The position numbers were made by a program, and so were the translations under genes. A stretch of DNA of 64,000 nt from Smithellaceae bacterium (GTDB taxonomy: Bacteria > Desulfobacterota > Syntrophia > Syntrophales > Smithellaceae), in assembly GCA_963667845.2 (NCBI GenBank), contig CAXXVL010000002.1:2272001-2336000 (forward strand). Reading direction: 5' to 3'. Shown one piece after another: positions 10,626 through 20,928 of the stretch. How positions within the stretch are numbered: position 1 is the first letter of the stretch; every line of letters starts with the position of its first letter. The notes under the pieces were generated by a model, which worked only from the letters and a program-made list of their open reading frames with translations, was not told the origin of the DNA and did no database searches.

Positions 10626-12212
10626 TCAGGGCTCCGGCGGGATGGGGGTTCCTTCACCGTAAACCAGCATCCGGTAGGTTTTGGCGATGCGATCCCAGTT
10701 GTCTTCGCGATCCATCGACCAGTAGCGGCCGATGACTGATACCACCTGTCCCAGCTGCAAAGCGTGACATTTTTCTTCCACCTGGCGAATATAGCGGGCG
10801 CCGCTTTCCGGTAATTCACCGCGTCTGCCCAGCATGCTGTGAATAAAAAGACGGGAAACACCCTGCTTCCTGGCCAATTCCATCAGGGCCAGAAGGTGTT
10901 CGATAGATCCATGGGAACTGAAAAAAGAAACGATACCCATGAGGTGCAAAGCTTTGCCGTTTTGCTGGGCCTTCCGCATGACATTAATGAAGGCGTTGTT
11001 TTGATAAAACTGGCGCTCAGCGATGGACTGATCGATCTTCAGACGGTCGGAATAAATCCGGCGGCCCGCGCCCATGTGCAGATGCCCCGCTTCCGAATTG
11101 CCTACGGTCTTCGGAGGCAATCCCACGGCCGTGCCGGATGCGGCAAGAAGCGATGAGGGGTAATCCCTGAGCAGCTTGTCCATAACCGGCGTCGAAGCGC
11201 TCGCGATTAAATTGCCCGTCGGGTCTTCGCGGTAGCCCCAGCCGTCGAGAATGATCAGCAGCAAACGCGTCACCGGCGCAGAGGATGTCTTGTCGGGCCT
11301 GATGAGTGAAGCACCGGTCATCGAAGGAGGCGTGGGCAATCCCAGTAAATCGAGAATTGTCGGGGCGACGTCCGTCATCTCGCCTGCGGGTTTCAGGGTG
11401 AGCTTGCCCTCCGGGTGCAGCAGAATGAAAGATACAGGGCTGTCGGTATGGCCCGTATCGATACCGCCCTCCGGGTAAAGCCATTTTTCGACGGTCCCAT
11501 GGTCGGCCGTGACGATGATGGCCATATTTTGCCGGCGTGCTTCGTCAATCAGAATTCCGGCCTGCCGGTCCACAGCTGTGACGGCCCGGATCACCGCCGG
11601 TTCATTTTCGATGTGGCCGACGACGTCCACATTCGGGAAGTTAACGACCGTAAAATTGCATTCGGGGTCTTTGATCTTGCCGAGGGCTGCCCGGGTGATT
11701 TCGGAAATGGACATTTCCGGAGCTTCGTCAAACAGCTTAACGTCCTTGCGGGTCGGGATGACGATCCGTTCTTCTCGGGGCAGCGGGTCGTTCTTCTTAC
11801 CGTTGAAAAAGAAACTCACATGAACCGCTTTTTCCGCTTCAGTGATTTTTGCCTGACTCAGACCGTTTGCCGCGATAACGTCGCTTACGGTATCGGTCAG
11901 AACGCCCTCGGGCGGGAAAGCGACCTGAACATTCAGACCCTTCTGATACTCAATCATAGTGGCGAAGCTCACTGAGAGTTCTGGATCGACGGGGAATTCA
12001 TGGAAGTGCGCTTCAGTGAAGCTGCGGGTTAACTCAATTTCGCGCTCGCCGCGGATATTATAGAAAATGACCGAATCACCCGATTTGATTCGCCCTGCAG
12101 GGTTGCGTTCCTGATCGACGAGGACCAGCGGCAGAAGGGTTTCATCTTCTTCGCCCCGCAAGTAGGCCAGGTGGACAGCCTGGGACATCGGGAATTTGAC
12201 TTCAGGGCCCAT
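10626..12212 (-). CDS. gpmI: 2,3-bisphosphoglycerate-independent phosphoglycerate mutase, circularly permuted
   Basis: Nearly all iPGM motifs are present (LDGWG, GNSEAGH, GRYWSMDR, N.RGER, EAEK, NVDVVGH, ADHG, GHT), but the C-terminal half precedes the N-terminal half. Confidence 0.88.
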   Translation of the reverse strand: MGPEVKFPMSQAVHLAYLRGEEDETLLPLVLVDQERNPAGRIKSGDSVIFYNIRGEREIELTRSFTEAHFHEFPVDPELSVSFATMIEYQKGLNVQVAFPPEGVLTDTVSDVIAANGLSQAKITEAEKAVHVSFFFNGKKNDPLPREERIVIPTRKDVKLFDEAPEMSISEITRAALGKIKDPECNFTVVNFPNVDVVGHIENEPAVIRAVTAVDRQAGILIDEARRQNMAIIVTADHGTVEKWLYPEGGIDTGHTDSPVSFILLHPEGKLTLKPAGEMTDVAPTILDLLGLPTPPSMTGASLIRPDKTSSAPVTRLLLIILDGWGYREDPTGNLIASASTPVMDKLLRDYPSSLLAASGTAVGLPPKTVGNSEAGHLHMGAGRRIYSDRLKIDQSIAERQFYQNNAFINVMRKAQQNGKALHLMGIVSFFSSHGSIEHLLALMELARKQGVSRLFIHSMLGRRGELPESGARYIRQVEEKCHALQLGQVVSVIGRYWSMDREDNWDRIAKTYRMLVYGEGTPIPPEP

Positions 12213-12378
12213 GGGAATACCTGCTTATCCGTTGGTCATGTTTATTTGAAGTGCCTCTCTAGCGAAATAACGGCCGCCTGTAAAGGGAAAAGATTGCCGC
12301 AGCGCTGAAAAGCCTTTTAAACTTGAAAATTAGGCGCTTAAATGATAGAGGCCTCGAAAGCATTTCAGGAAGGTTTTT

Positions 12379-12768
12379 ATGCAGGCGTCGGGTGCCGGGA
12401 AGAAGGATCAACAGGAGAGTCTGTGCGAAGAACTGCTGCGCGAGCGGGCGGTTGTTCTGAGCCGGGCCGGCTTTGCCGTGGAGGATGCGCTGGAAAGACT
12501 GGCGAAAATTGAGGAACAGATAAAGGATAAGCTCCGGTATTTTTATTCGGATCAGAAGGATGATTCCGTTCCCGGCGGGCAGAGCCGGCAGGCGTTTCTT
12601 AACGACATTAATTTAATCATCGATCAATTCAATGCCGCATGTCAGAAAGCGGAAATCCAATTCTACTACTTGATTGTGACGCGCGAAGCCCTGGGGCTGA
12701 GAAGACATGAAACGGTTCAGAGACTCTACCGGGTTCCTCCGAAAAAGAAAAAGATGCAGGCTATTTGA
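12379..12768 (+). CDS. Hypothetical protein, translationally coupled to pcm
   Basis: AGGAAGG RBS, helical 129-aa ORF, TGATG overlap with the pcm start. Confidence 0.7.
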   Translation: MQASGAGKKDQQESLCEELLRERAVVLSRAGFAVEDALERLAKIEEQIKDKLRYFYSDQKDDSVPGGQSRQAFLNDINLIIDQFNAACQKAEIQFYYLIVTREALGLRRHETVQRLYRVPPKKKKMQAI

Positions 12769-13421
12769 TGGACAGGTACAAGAAGCAGCGAACACGGATG
12801 GTGGAAACGCAGATTCGGAGCCGTGCGATCAGCGATCCCGGCGTCTTGAAAATAATGGAAACCATTCCCCGTCATCTCTTTGTCGATGAGGGCCTCATCG
12901 ATCAGGCATACAGCGACAACCCGCTGCCCATCGGCGAACGACAAACGATCTCTCAACCCTATATTGTCGCTTTAATGTCGCAGGCTTTGGATTTGAAGGG
13001 CAGGGAGCGCGTTCTGGAAATCGGGACCGGGTCGGGTTATCAAACGGCAATATTGGCTAATCTGGCCGATCGCGTTTTTTCCATCGAGCGGGTGGCCGCG
13101 CTGGCGACCCGTGCCCGGAAGATTTTAGACAGACTCAATTGTTATAACGTCGCTATCCGTGTCGGGGACGGATCTTACGGATGGAAGGAAGAAGCGCCGT
13201 TTGATGCAATTATTACGACTGCCGCTGCTCCAAGGGTTCCGCAGTATCTGGTCGAACAGCTTATTCCGGGAGGCAGAATGGTCGTTCCGATCGGCAATCG
13301 TGACGTCCAGACGCTTTATAAATTCACCCGCTCAACTGAAAATCCCGATGAAATAAAGAAAGAAGATCTGGGAGGCTGCCGTTTTGTCAGCCTGATAGGA
13401 GAAAGCGGATGGAAAGAATGA
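12768..13421 (+). CDS. pcm: Protein-L-isoaspartate O-methyltransferase
   Basis: QTISQPYIVA, VLEIGTGSGYQ, APFDAI, RFVSLIG. Confidence 0.96.
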   Translation: MDRYKKQRTRMVETQIRSRAISDPGVLKIMETIPRHLFVDEGLIDQAYSDNPLPIGERQTISQPYIVALMSQALDLKGRERVLEIGTGSGYQTAILANLADRVFSIERVAALATRARKILDRLNCYNVAIRVGDGSYGWKEEAPFDAIITTAAAPRVPQYLVEQLIPGGRMVVPIGNRDVQTLYKFTRSTENPDEIKKEDLGGCRFVSLIGESGWKE

Positions 13422-14350
13422 ATCAGCAAAGGCCGGTTCTTGCGAACCGATCCCGCTTTGCCTGCGCATTTTACCTGGTCCTTCTTCTGGCGGCCTCTAT
13501 TGCTCTGCTTTCGTTGATTTCGTGCGCCGGTTCATCTGTAAAGAAAGGTACGGCCAAAGGTGTTTATCACATCGTCAAAAAAGGGGAAACCGCCTACAGC
13601 ATCGCCCGGGCCTATTCCGTCAGCCTGCAGGATTTGGCAGAAATAAATAATATCACGGACGTATCGAATATTAAGGAAGGCTCTGTCATTTTTATCCCGG
13701 ATGCCAATCAGGTCATCGACGATGTCATGGTTTCAGCCAGAAAGGCGGACGAGACAAAGCCGCGTGATGCAAGCATCATTAACCCGGCGGATACCGGGCC
13801 GCAGGCATCAGGGAAACCGGCCGACAAGGCGCTCGCCAGAACAGTTGGTCCGAATCCCGAGCCGGGCGATCCCGGGGCACAAGCTTCAAAAATACCGGCT
13901 GAGCCGCCCGCGGGTGCAGAAGATAAAACCAGGACGGGGCAAAGACCGCTTTTCTCTGAAAATGAAGTACGGACCCAAAAGGGAAGCTTTGCCTGGCCGG
14001 TCAAGGGCACTGTAAAAACCCGCTTCGGTATTCAGCCCAACAAAACATACCATAACTGGATCAAAATTGTCTGTCCTGCCGGCGCGAAGGTTAAAGCGGC
14101 CGCCGGCGGAACAGTAATCTTTTCCGCCGGCCTGAAGGATTTCGGCGAAACGATCATCATCCGCCATGCAAATGATTTCGCAACCGTATACACGCATCTG
14201 AAGAAGAGATACGCCAGAGCGGATCAGAGCGTCAAAAAAGGTGAAGCTATCGCACTGGTGGGAGAAATAGATGAAGCCGGGGAGGCTTATCTCAATTTTG
14301 AAATACGCCTGAAGGGGAAGGCCCGGAATCCGCTTTTCTACCTGCCCTGA
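13418..14350 (+). CDS. nlpD: LysM plus degenerate M23 lipoprotein (NlpD-like amidase activator)
   Basis: Lipobox ISC, LysM (HIVKKGET), M23 domain with degenerate Zn ligands (HNWIK, YLNFEIR); follows pcm. Confidence 0.8.
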   Translation: MNQQRPVLANRSRFACAFYLVLLLAASIALLSLISCAGSSVKKGTAKGVYHIVKKGETAYSIARAYSVSLQDLAEINNITDVSNIKEGSVIFIPDANQVIDDVMVSARKADETKPRDASIINPADTGPQASGKPADKALARTVGPNPEPGDPGAQASKIPAEPPAGAEDKTRTGQRPLFSENEVRTQKGSFAWPVKGTVKTRFGIQPNKTYHNWIKIVCPAGAKVKAAAGGTVIFSAGLKDFGETIIIRHANDFATVYTHLKKRYARADQSVKKGEAIALVGEIDEAGEAYLNFEIRLKGKARNPLFYLP

Positions 14351-14410
14351 TTACGCTGGCCGGCCGGTCATGTAACATTTCTGAAGTATTTCACTAAATT
14401 GCATTAATTA

Positions 14411-14439
14411 TTGACTAATTGTCCGAACTATGTTAATCT
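14411..14439 (+). promoter_or_regulatory. Sigma70-type promoter of carD
   Basis: TTGACT-17 nt-TAATCT with an extended TG. Confidence 0.55.
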
Positions 14440-14471
14440 GCTCCGCTATATAGAAAGGCAGGGAGCATAAA

Positions 14472-14957
14472 ATGTTTAAAGTAGGTGATTTGGCAGTGTA
14501 TCCGGCACAAGGTGTCGGTGTCATTGAAGCTATTGAAAATAGAGAAGTTATGGGAAAAAAGCAGCCCTTTTATGTCATGAAAATTATGGGTAACGGTATG
14601 AAGATCATGATTCCCACGACTTCAGCCAAGGCCGTAGGACTTCGTGAAGTCATCATGGAAAAGGAAATACCCAAAGTTTACGAAATCTTGCGCAATAAAG
14701 ACGTAACCATTGACAAGCAGACCTGGAACAAGCGTTACCGGGAATATCTGGAAAAAATAAAAACGGGCTCGGTTTTTGAAATTGCCAGTGTCTTGAGGGA
14801 TTTGTTCATTTTGAAAAGCGACAAAAACCTTTCTTTCGGCGAGCGGAAGATGATGGATACGGCGAAGAATCTGCTGGTGAAGGAAATATCCGTGGCCACC
14901 AATGCCCAGGAAGCTAAAGTTGAACGCGATTTGCAGATGATTTTTACCGTGCAATAA
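14472..14957 (+). CDS. carD: CarD family transcriptional regulator
   Basis: FKVGDLAVYPAQGVG, WNKRYR, LSFGERKM. Confidence 0.95.
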   Translation: MFKVGDLAVYPAQGVGVIEAIENREVMGKKQPFYVMKIMGNGMKIMIPTTSAKAVGLREVIMEKEIPKVYEILRNKDVTIDKQTWNKRYREYLEKIKTGSVFEIASVLRDLFILKSDKNLSFGERKMMDTAKNLLVKEISVATNAQEAKVERDLQMIFTVQ

Positions 14958-15123
14958 AACCCGTAATTTGTCCGGTTCATGCGCAGCTCTTTGAAAACTG
15001 AAGAATGGACAGATCGTTTTTCCTGATCAGGGAAAAAAAGAGACCTCCCCATTATTGAGTAATCGATTAGTCTGCTTATATTAAGACACATATTACATTA
15101 ATTCTATTTTTTTAGAAAAGGAG

Positions 15124-16149
15124 GTGACGTATTTGATCATAAGAATTCTATTGGCTTTAGCCTGTTCGGTTAGCGGTTATTTCATCGTTTACTACATGGC
15201 AGCAGATAGTTCATATGCGTATTTCCAAGGAATTATTGGCTTTATCGTAGGTTTAATCATTGCGCTGCTGGTCATCAGAGTTGAAAAAGATATCCGCAAA
15301 CTTTCCCTCAGAATCATCGCGGGCGGTGTCATCGGTATGGTCATCGGCTTGCTCGTCGCGTTAATCCTTGGCTTCGGCTTGAATATGGTCATCAAGATCA
15401 CGCAGAATCAGCTCGTCGTTCCATGGATTTATCTGCTTCTGACGGGGATTCTGGGTTATCTGGGATTGGTTCTCGGATCGAAAAAAGCGGAAGAATTCAG
15501 CTTTCACGCAGCGGAGGGGAAAGCATACGCTGACCATCGCTTACTGGATACCAGCGTTATTATCGACGGAAGAATCGCGGATATCTGCGATACCGGTTTT
15601 ATAGACGGAGAATTGATTGTTCCGCGTTTTGTGCTCAATGAGCTGCAATTTATTGCAGATTCGTCTGATTCAATGAAACGATCGCGGGGACGGCGGGGCT
15701 TGGATGTTCTTAATCGGATGCAAAAAAGTTCGGCCATCAATATTGAAATCGTGGAACAGGATTTTCCGAAGATCAAGGGCGTAGACGGCAAACTCGTAGC
15801 TCTGGCCCAAAAGTTAAATGCCAAGCTCATGACCAATGACTATAATCTGAACAAGGTTGCCGAATTGCAGGGTGTTCGGGTCCTGAATGTCAATGAGCTC
15901 GCCAATGCGATGAAGCCCGTTGTTTTGCCCGGAGAGCAGATGCTGGTCAAAATTATCAGAGAGGGCAAGGAACCGGGGCAAGGCGTCGGTTATCTGGATG
16001 ACGGGACCATGATTATCGTCGACAGCGCACAAAGAATGATTAACACGACGGTTGAGGTCGTGGTGACCAGCGTGCTGCAAACAACGGCCGGCCGGATGAT
16101 TTTCACCGAGTTAAAGGAAGCCGCCGAAAAGAAAAGCAGCAATCAATAA
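15124..16149 (+). CDS. Membrane PIN/TRAM-domain protein (YacL-like)
   Basis: N-terminal TMs, [15 protein letters not shown] domain, [18 protein letters not shown] start after AGGAG. Confidence 0.92.
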   Translation: MTYLIIRILLALACSVSGYFIVYYMAADSSYAYFQGIIGFIVGLIIALLVIRVEKDIRKLSLRIIAGGVIGMVIGLLVALILGFGLNMVIKITQNQLVVPWIYLLLTGILGYLGLVLGSKKAEEFSFHAAEGKAYADHRLLDTSVIIDGRIADICDTGFIDGELIVPRFVLNELQFIADSSDSMKRSRGRRGLDVLNRMQKSSAINIEIVEQDFPKIKGVDGKLVALAQKLNAKLMTNDYNLNKVAELQGVRVLNVNELANAMKPVVLPGEQMLVKIIREGKEPGQGVGYLDDGTMIIVDSAQRMINTTVEVVVTSVLQTTAGRMIFTELKEAAEKKSSNQ

Positions 16150-16196
16150 GCAACAATTGTTATGTCTTTTTTGCCGGATAGAAATACCTCTGGCGG

Positions 16197-16232
16197 GCAG
16201 GCCCGGGAAATATATTCCGGGCCTGCTTTTTT
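16197..16232 (+). terminator. Rho-independent terminator
   Basis: GCAGGCCCGG/CCGGGCCTGC stem followed by T6. Confidence 0.8.
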
Positions 16233-16350
16233 ATACGAGGTCTAATTCCAAAAGGCCGGAAGGCGGGTCGAATCTGTCGTTTGGCCATTTATGGAAGCGC
16301 AGGTGTAAGAAACGACAAAGTGTCCACTTATGACCGCAGATGAGGGCGTT

Positions 16351-17538
16351 ATGAAAACAGTGGCGATTATTCCAGCGGGCGGATCCGGTAAGAGATTGGG
16401 TTCCGAAATTGCCAAACAATATCTTTCACTGCAATCCCTGCCGGTTCTGGTTCATACACTCCTGGTTTTTCAGAAATCCGATTTGATAAATGAGATTGTC
16501 CTGGTGGTGCCTGCGGATGATTTGGCATTCGTGCGCGACCGGATCGTTGAAAAATACGAATTGCGGAAAGTGTCGACCGTTGTCGCGGGTGGCCGCGAGC
16601 GTCAGGATTCCGTCCGGAACGGTTTTTCGGCCATAACAAAAGCATGCGATGTGGTCATCATTCACGATGGCGTGCGTCCCTTTGTGACCCAGGACATGAT
16701 TGCCCGGGTTGCAAAAGCTGCGGTCGAAGACGGCGCCGCTTCCGTCGGCGTCCGGGCGAAGGACACCATTAAGGAAGCGACGGCCGAGAACGTCGTCACG
16801 GCAACACTGCCCCGCAACAATCTGTGGCAGACTCAGACTCCGCAGGCGTTTCAATATGACCTTTTGCGCCGGGCTTTTACCCAGGCCGGTGATGACCGCT
16901 ATTATGGAACGGATGATGCGTCGCTGGTTGAACGAACGGGCGCGAAAGTCCGCATGGTTGACGGCTCCTATGATAATATCAAAATTACGACGCCGGAAGA
17001 TTTGATTGTGGCGGAAGCATTGATGAAAGAAAGAACGAAGGGGAAAATAATTTATCGCAGCGGGCTGGGTTACGACAGCCATCGGTTTGCACCGGGCAGA
17101 AAGCTGATCCTGGGCGGCGTGGAAATTCCCTGCGACCGGGGACTGGCAGGCCATTCCGATGCGGATGCACTCCTGCATGCGGTTTGTGATGCGCTCCTGG
17201 GGATGGCGGGCTCAGGGGATATCGGGAGACATTTTCCGGATACCGATCCGGCCTACAAAAATATTTCCAGCCTTGTTCTTCTGGAACGGGTCAAGCACAT
17301 CATTGAGTCGAAGGGGTTGAGCATCAATAATATAGATGCGACGATCATGCTGGAAAAACCGAAACTGGCGCCTTATGCAGAAGCGATGGTCGCCTCGATC
17401 GCAAAAACACTGAATATTCCGGAGACAGCCGTCAATGTCAAAGCCAAAACAAACGAAGGCATGGGCTTTGTCGGACGCGAAGAAGGCATCGCCGTGCTGG
17501 CCATAGCCACCGGCATGGAAAGGATGACGAATGATTGA
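16351..17538 (+). CDS. ispDF: Bifunctional IspD/IspF (MEP pathway)
   Basis: IspD motifs AGGSGKR, GGRERQDSV, HDGVRP, QTPQ, fused to IspF motifs GYDSH, GHSDAD, GDIG.HFPD. Confidence 0.95.
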   Translation: MKTVAIIPAGGSGKRLGSEIAKQYLSLQSLPVLVHTLLVFQKSDLINEIVLVVPADDLAFVRDRIVEKYELRKVSTVVAGGRERQDSVRNGFSAITKACDVVIIHDGVRPFVTQDMIARVAKAAVEDGAASVGVRAKDTIKEATAENVVTATLPRNNLWQTQTPQAFQYDLLRRAFTQAGDDRYYGTDDASLVERTGAKVRMVDGSYDNIKITTPEDLIVAEALMKERTKGKIIYRSGLGYDSHRFAPGRKLILGGVEIPCDRGLAGHSDADALLHAVCDALLGMAGSGDIGRHFPDTDPAYKNISSLVLLERVKHIIESKGLSINNIDATIMLEKPKLAPYAEAMVASIAKTLNIPETAVNVKAKTNEGMGFVGREEGIAVLAIATGMERMTND

Positions 17539-18988
17539 CGCGCCCAGAGTTCGCTTTGCGCCGTCGCCCACCGGTGAGCTGCATGTGGGGAATGCGCGCA
17601 CGGCTCTATTTAACTGGATGTTTGCCCGCCATCACAAAGGCAGTTTCATCCTGCGCATTGAAGACACCGATGAGTCCCGCAGCGCACTTTCGTATCAGGT
17701 CAATCTCCTCGATGATTTGAGATGGCTGGGTTTGACCTGGGATGAAGGGCCGGAAAAAGATGGAGCATACGGACCCTATAAGCAGAGTGAGCGCCTGGAT
17801 ATCTACAAACGTCACCTGCAGAAGTTGATCGACGCGGATCGGGTATATCCCTGTTACTGTACTGAAGAAGAACTGGAAGAAGAGCGCCAGTCCCTGATTC
17901 TCAGCAAGCGCATGCCCCGCTACATGGGAAAATGCCGCAACCTGACCGCCGAACAGCGGGCAGCGCTCGCGGCGTCCGGCCGCAGGCCGTCCTACCGGTT
18001 CAGAGTTCCCGATGAATCTGTCTCGTTTGACGACTTAATCCGGGGACCTGTCAGGTTTGAGAGTGAAGCGATGGGCGATTTCATCATCGTCCGGTCCAAC
18101 GGTATGCCCGCTTACAATTTCGCCGTGGTCATCGATGACCATCTGATGGCCATTACACATGTTATCCGCGGCGAAGATCATTTATCCAACACGGCTTTGC
18201 AGGTGATGCTGTATCGTGCTATCGGATTTGAGCCGCCGACCTTTGCTCATCATTGTCTGATCCTCGGCAAAGACCACGCCAAACTCAGCAAGCGTCATGG
18301 CTCGGTGTCCGTCGGCGAATTCCGCAGACAGGGATTTCTGCCGGAGGCGCTGCTCAACTACCTGGGGCTTCTCGGGAGTTCGTTTGCCGACGGCCGGGAG
18401 GTATTGTCTCAGTCGGAGATGGTTGAAGCTTTTTCACTTTCGCGCGCGTCCAAAAGCGGCGCCGTCTTTGATGAAGATAAGCTCCGGTGGCTAAATGCGA
18501 TTTACGTCCGGAATTGTACCACGGCCGAATTGCTGGAGAGGCTTGAACCGTTTTTACAGGAGGCCGGCTACCGGACGGCTGCCCTGGAAGCCCAGTGGCT
18601 GAGACGCGTGATTGAAACCGTCAAAGATGAACTGACGACGCTTGCTGATATTGACAGTCATATTGATTTATTTTTTGATGATCGATACAAGATCACTTCT
18701 GAAGCAAGACAGATTCTCGATTCCGAGAGTGCTCAGACGGTGATCCGGTATTTCAGCGAATTTTTGGAACAGGCTTCAGGTCCGGCTGACGACATCTATG
18801 TTGCAGCCATAAAGTACGCCAGGGAAAAATCCGGCATCAAAGGCCGGGATTTGTTTATGCCGGTGCGGGCTCAGCTCACGGGTAAAGTGAAAGGTCCCGA
18901 ACTGGACAAAGTATTTGCGATCCTGGGTAAAGATTCCGCCCTGCAGAGACTGCGGCAGGCGAATCGACGGCCGATTCAGAAACCATGA
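17531..18988 (+). CDS. gltX: Glutamate--tRNA ligase
   Basis: RFAPSPTG, HVGN (HIGH), CYC Zn site, IRGEDH, KLSKR. Confidence 0.96.
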   Translation: MIDAPRVRFAPSPTGELHVGNARTALFNWMFARHHKGSFILRIEDTDESRSALSYQVNLLDDLRWLGLTWDEGPEKDGAYGPYKQSERLDIYKRHLQKLIDADRVYPCYCTEEELEEERQSLILSKRMPRYMGKCRNLTAEQRAALAASGRRPSYRFRVPDESVSFDDLIRGPVRFESEAMGDFIIVRSNGMPAYNFAVVIDDHLMAITHVIRGEDHLSNTALQVMLYRAIGFEPPTFAHHCLILGKDHAKLSKRHGSVSVGEFRRQGFLPEALLNYLGLLGSSFADGREVLSQSEMVEAFSLSRASKSGAVFDEDKLRWLNAIYVRNCTTAELLERLEPFLQEAGYRTAALEAQWLRRVIETVKDELTTLADIDSHIDLFFDDRYKITSEARQILDSESAQTVIRYFSEFLEQASGPADDIYVAAIKYAREKSGIKGRDLFMPVRAQLTGKVKGPELDKVFAILGKDSALQRLRQANRRPIQKP

Positions 18989-18992
18989 AGGA

Positions 18993-19976
18993 ATGAAAAA
19001 ACGACTTAACCTTTTTTTTGCTGACCATATTTTTCTGTGCCGGATGACTTTCAGGCCCGGAGGTATCGTCATCTGTCTTTGTTTGATTTCTTGCCTTTGG
19101 GCAAGTCCGTGGCTGGCGGGCCCGGTTTGGGCTGCTGATCCGCAATCGCAGGAGCTGAGTCGATTTCTCAATACGCTGGAAGCACAGAACGTGCGCTATG
19201 ACTGGACGGATGTCCCCTGCCGCGGTATCCCCTGGGAGTATCACAGGAGAACCCGGAATCACCACCCATTGATTTTTGCGCATTTCGGCAAGCCGTCGGG
19301 CGATTGCATTTTATTCCTGGGAGGCGTTCACGGTGATGAATTGCCGACCGTCTACCTGATGTTCAAACTGGCGCACTACATCAACGAGCATCCCGAGGTC
19401 GTCGAAAACAAATGTATCGTGATTGCGCCGATCGTGAATCCCGATGGATATCTTGAGCCCCAGCCGACTCGCATCAATGCGGCCGGCGTGGATATCAACC
19501 GGAATTTCCCGACCCGGAGCTGGAATCCGGAAGCCCATCGCCAGTGGATAACCAAGGGCAAAAAAAACAAGCGCTACTATCCCGGACCTCATGCGGGGTC
19601 CGAGCAGGAAACCATGTTTCAGGTCGCGCTCATCAAACGCTTTAAACCACAGAAGATTCTGAGCGTTCATTCACCGCTTAACTTCTTTGATTATGACGGA
19701 CCGTCGGCCGATTTGAATTCTTTCGAACAATGGATGGAAAAGATATCGAAGGAGGCGAATCACCCGCTGAAAAAATTCGGTTATTACCCGGGATCCCTGG
19801 GGAACTATGCCGGACATGAACGCAGCATCTTTACGCTGACGCTGGAACTTCCAACCTCCGATCCGAAACGGGGCGGCGAGTACTTTCACAAATTTCAGCC
19901 TGCATTCGTGAAGTTTATCAATTTGCCCGTTACGGGCAAGCCGCCTTTTACGCGGTTGGTAAGAAATAAAAGTTGA
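18993..19976 (+). CDS. M14 zinc carboxypeptidase (murein peptide amidase A-like), probably exported
   Basis: GGVHGDE, NPDG, DINRNFP, SVHS, PGSLGNY, TLELP; start codon uncertain. Confidence 0.85.
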   Translation: MKKRLNLFFADHIFLCRMTFRPGGIVICLCLISCLWASPWLAGPVWAADPQSQELSRFLNTLEAQNVRYDWTDVPCRGIPWEYHRRTRNHHPLIFAHFGKPSGDCILFLGGVHGDELPTVYLMFKLAHYINEHPEVVENKCIVIAPIVNPDGYLEPQPTRINAAGVDINRNFPTRSWNPEAHRQWITKGKKNKRYYPGPHAGSEQETMFQVALIKRFKPQKILSVHSPLNFFDYDGPSADLNSFEQWMEKISKEANHPLKKFGYYPGSLGNYAGHERSIFTLTLELPTSDPKRGGEYFHKFQPAFVKFINLPVTGKPPFTRLVRNKS

Positions 19977-20135
19977 TGTTCTTCGGATGAGCCGGTCCGT
20001 CCGAAAATGAGTTGAGAATAGATGGAATTTATCCGAGGATAAAATTGTCCGCCAAAACTTCGGTTTGCGTTTTATTCAGATGCACAAACAGAAATTATCC
20101 TTGCCGGATGCCCGAGAGCATTTACTTGCGGGGAC

Positions 20136-20300
20136 TCAGCAACCCGTGGGTCCACAGGAAATTCCGGGGTTCCGAAGGATTGTCCATATCGCGACAGCAA
20201 TGACGAACAAGGCTGCGGGAATGGCGATAAAAGCAAAAAAGCGAGCAACAATGTCCGTTACATCGTCATCGTTTCTGATTTCACGAAACATTTCTTTCAT
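20136..20300 (-). CDS. Small 54-aa single-TM protein ending CGPTGC
   Basis: Strong RBS GAAAGGAGG upstream of ATG 20300; hydrophobic helix FFAFIAIPAALFVIAVAIW. Confidence 0.6.
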   Translation of the reverse strand: MKEMFREIRNDDDVTDIVARFFAFIAIPAALFVIAVAIWTILRNPGISCGPTGC

Positions 20301-20430
20301 CGTGCTGTGCCTCCTTTCAGCAGGGACCTTGACTCGGTTCGGGCAATTAGCGTTCATCTCGATCCATTGGCCTCATGCGGTTTATCATTCGCCTGATTCG
20401 GCATTCGTGTTTATCTGCCGGCATTTCATC

Positions 20431-20553
20431 TTACGAACGCACAAGCGCCAGGATGGCGATCATGATGAGATAGAGGGCTGCAATATCACTTATGAAAGGG
20501 ACATGATCCCTGCATCTCAATTTCACGGTTTCTTTCATCTTTCTTATGTCCAT
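20431..20553 (-). CDS. Small 40-aa protein with a C-terminal TM (MDIRKMKETVKLRCRDHVPFISDIAALYLIMIAILALVRS)
   Basis: AGGAAGG RBS before ATG 20553; below the ORF-track cutoff; same strand as and upstream of the 54-aa ORF. Confidence 0.45.
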   Translation of the reverse strand: MDIRKMKETVKLRCRDHVPFISDIAALYLIMIAILALVRS

Positions 20554-20928
20554 TTAAAAGACCTTCCTGACACATAAGATAGTCCCGCAAAAACAAATGA
20601 CAATAATAGTTGTGTGCAAGTTTATTGGCAGGTAAATATTACCCCTCTAACGACGCTGCGTGGCTTTTCCAAGGAAAGGGGCAATCTCAGAACCCGTCTT
20701 ACCGTCTTACCGGCATGAGCGAAAAATAGTGAAACAGACATCGGGCTTTGGTCGGATCGTCTTGCCAAAAGCAGACGGCATTATTACTCATATAAAATGA
20801 AGAACGTTATTGGAGACCCCAATGCGTCTCGGGGTGCTATGCAGATGGACCGGAAGCTGAGAAAAGAATCGGACGAACATCGTGCCGGAGGGTTTTCGAG
20901 CCTGTCGGCTAATTAAAAGGGGGCTGTC

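Noticed and set aside
16351..17538. IspD-IspF fusion as a novelty
   Set aside because: Bifunctional IspDF is well known in several bacterial lineages.
20073..20138. Sec read-through of the UGA after CGPTGC in the 54-aa ORF
   Set aside because: The downstream hairpin is weak and lacks a G-led apical loop, so it is treated as a true stop.
20828..20925. TPP-riboswitch-like words (GGGGTGC...GCTGAGA) upstream of the DUF2892 gene
   Set aside because: Lacks the ACCC strand closing P2 and a proper CTGAT...GCGNAGG 3' half; the downstream gene is unrelated to thiamine.
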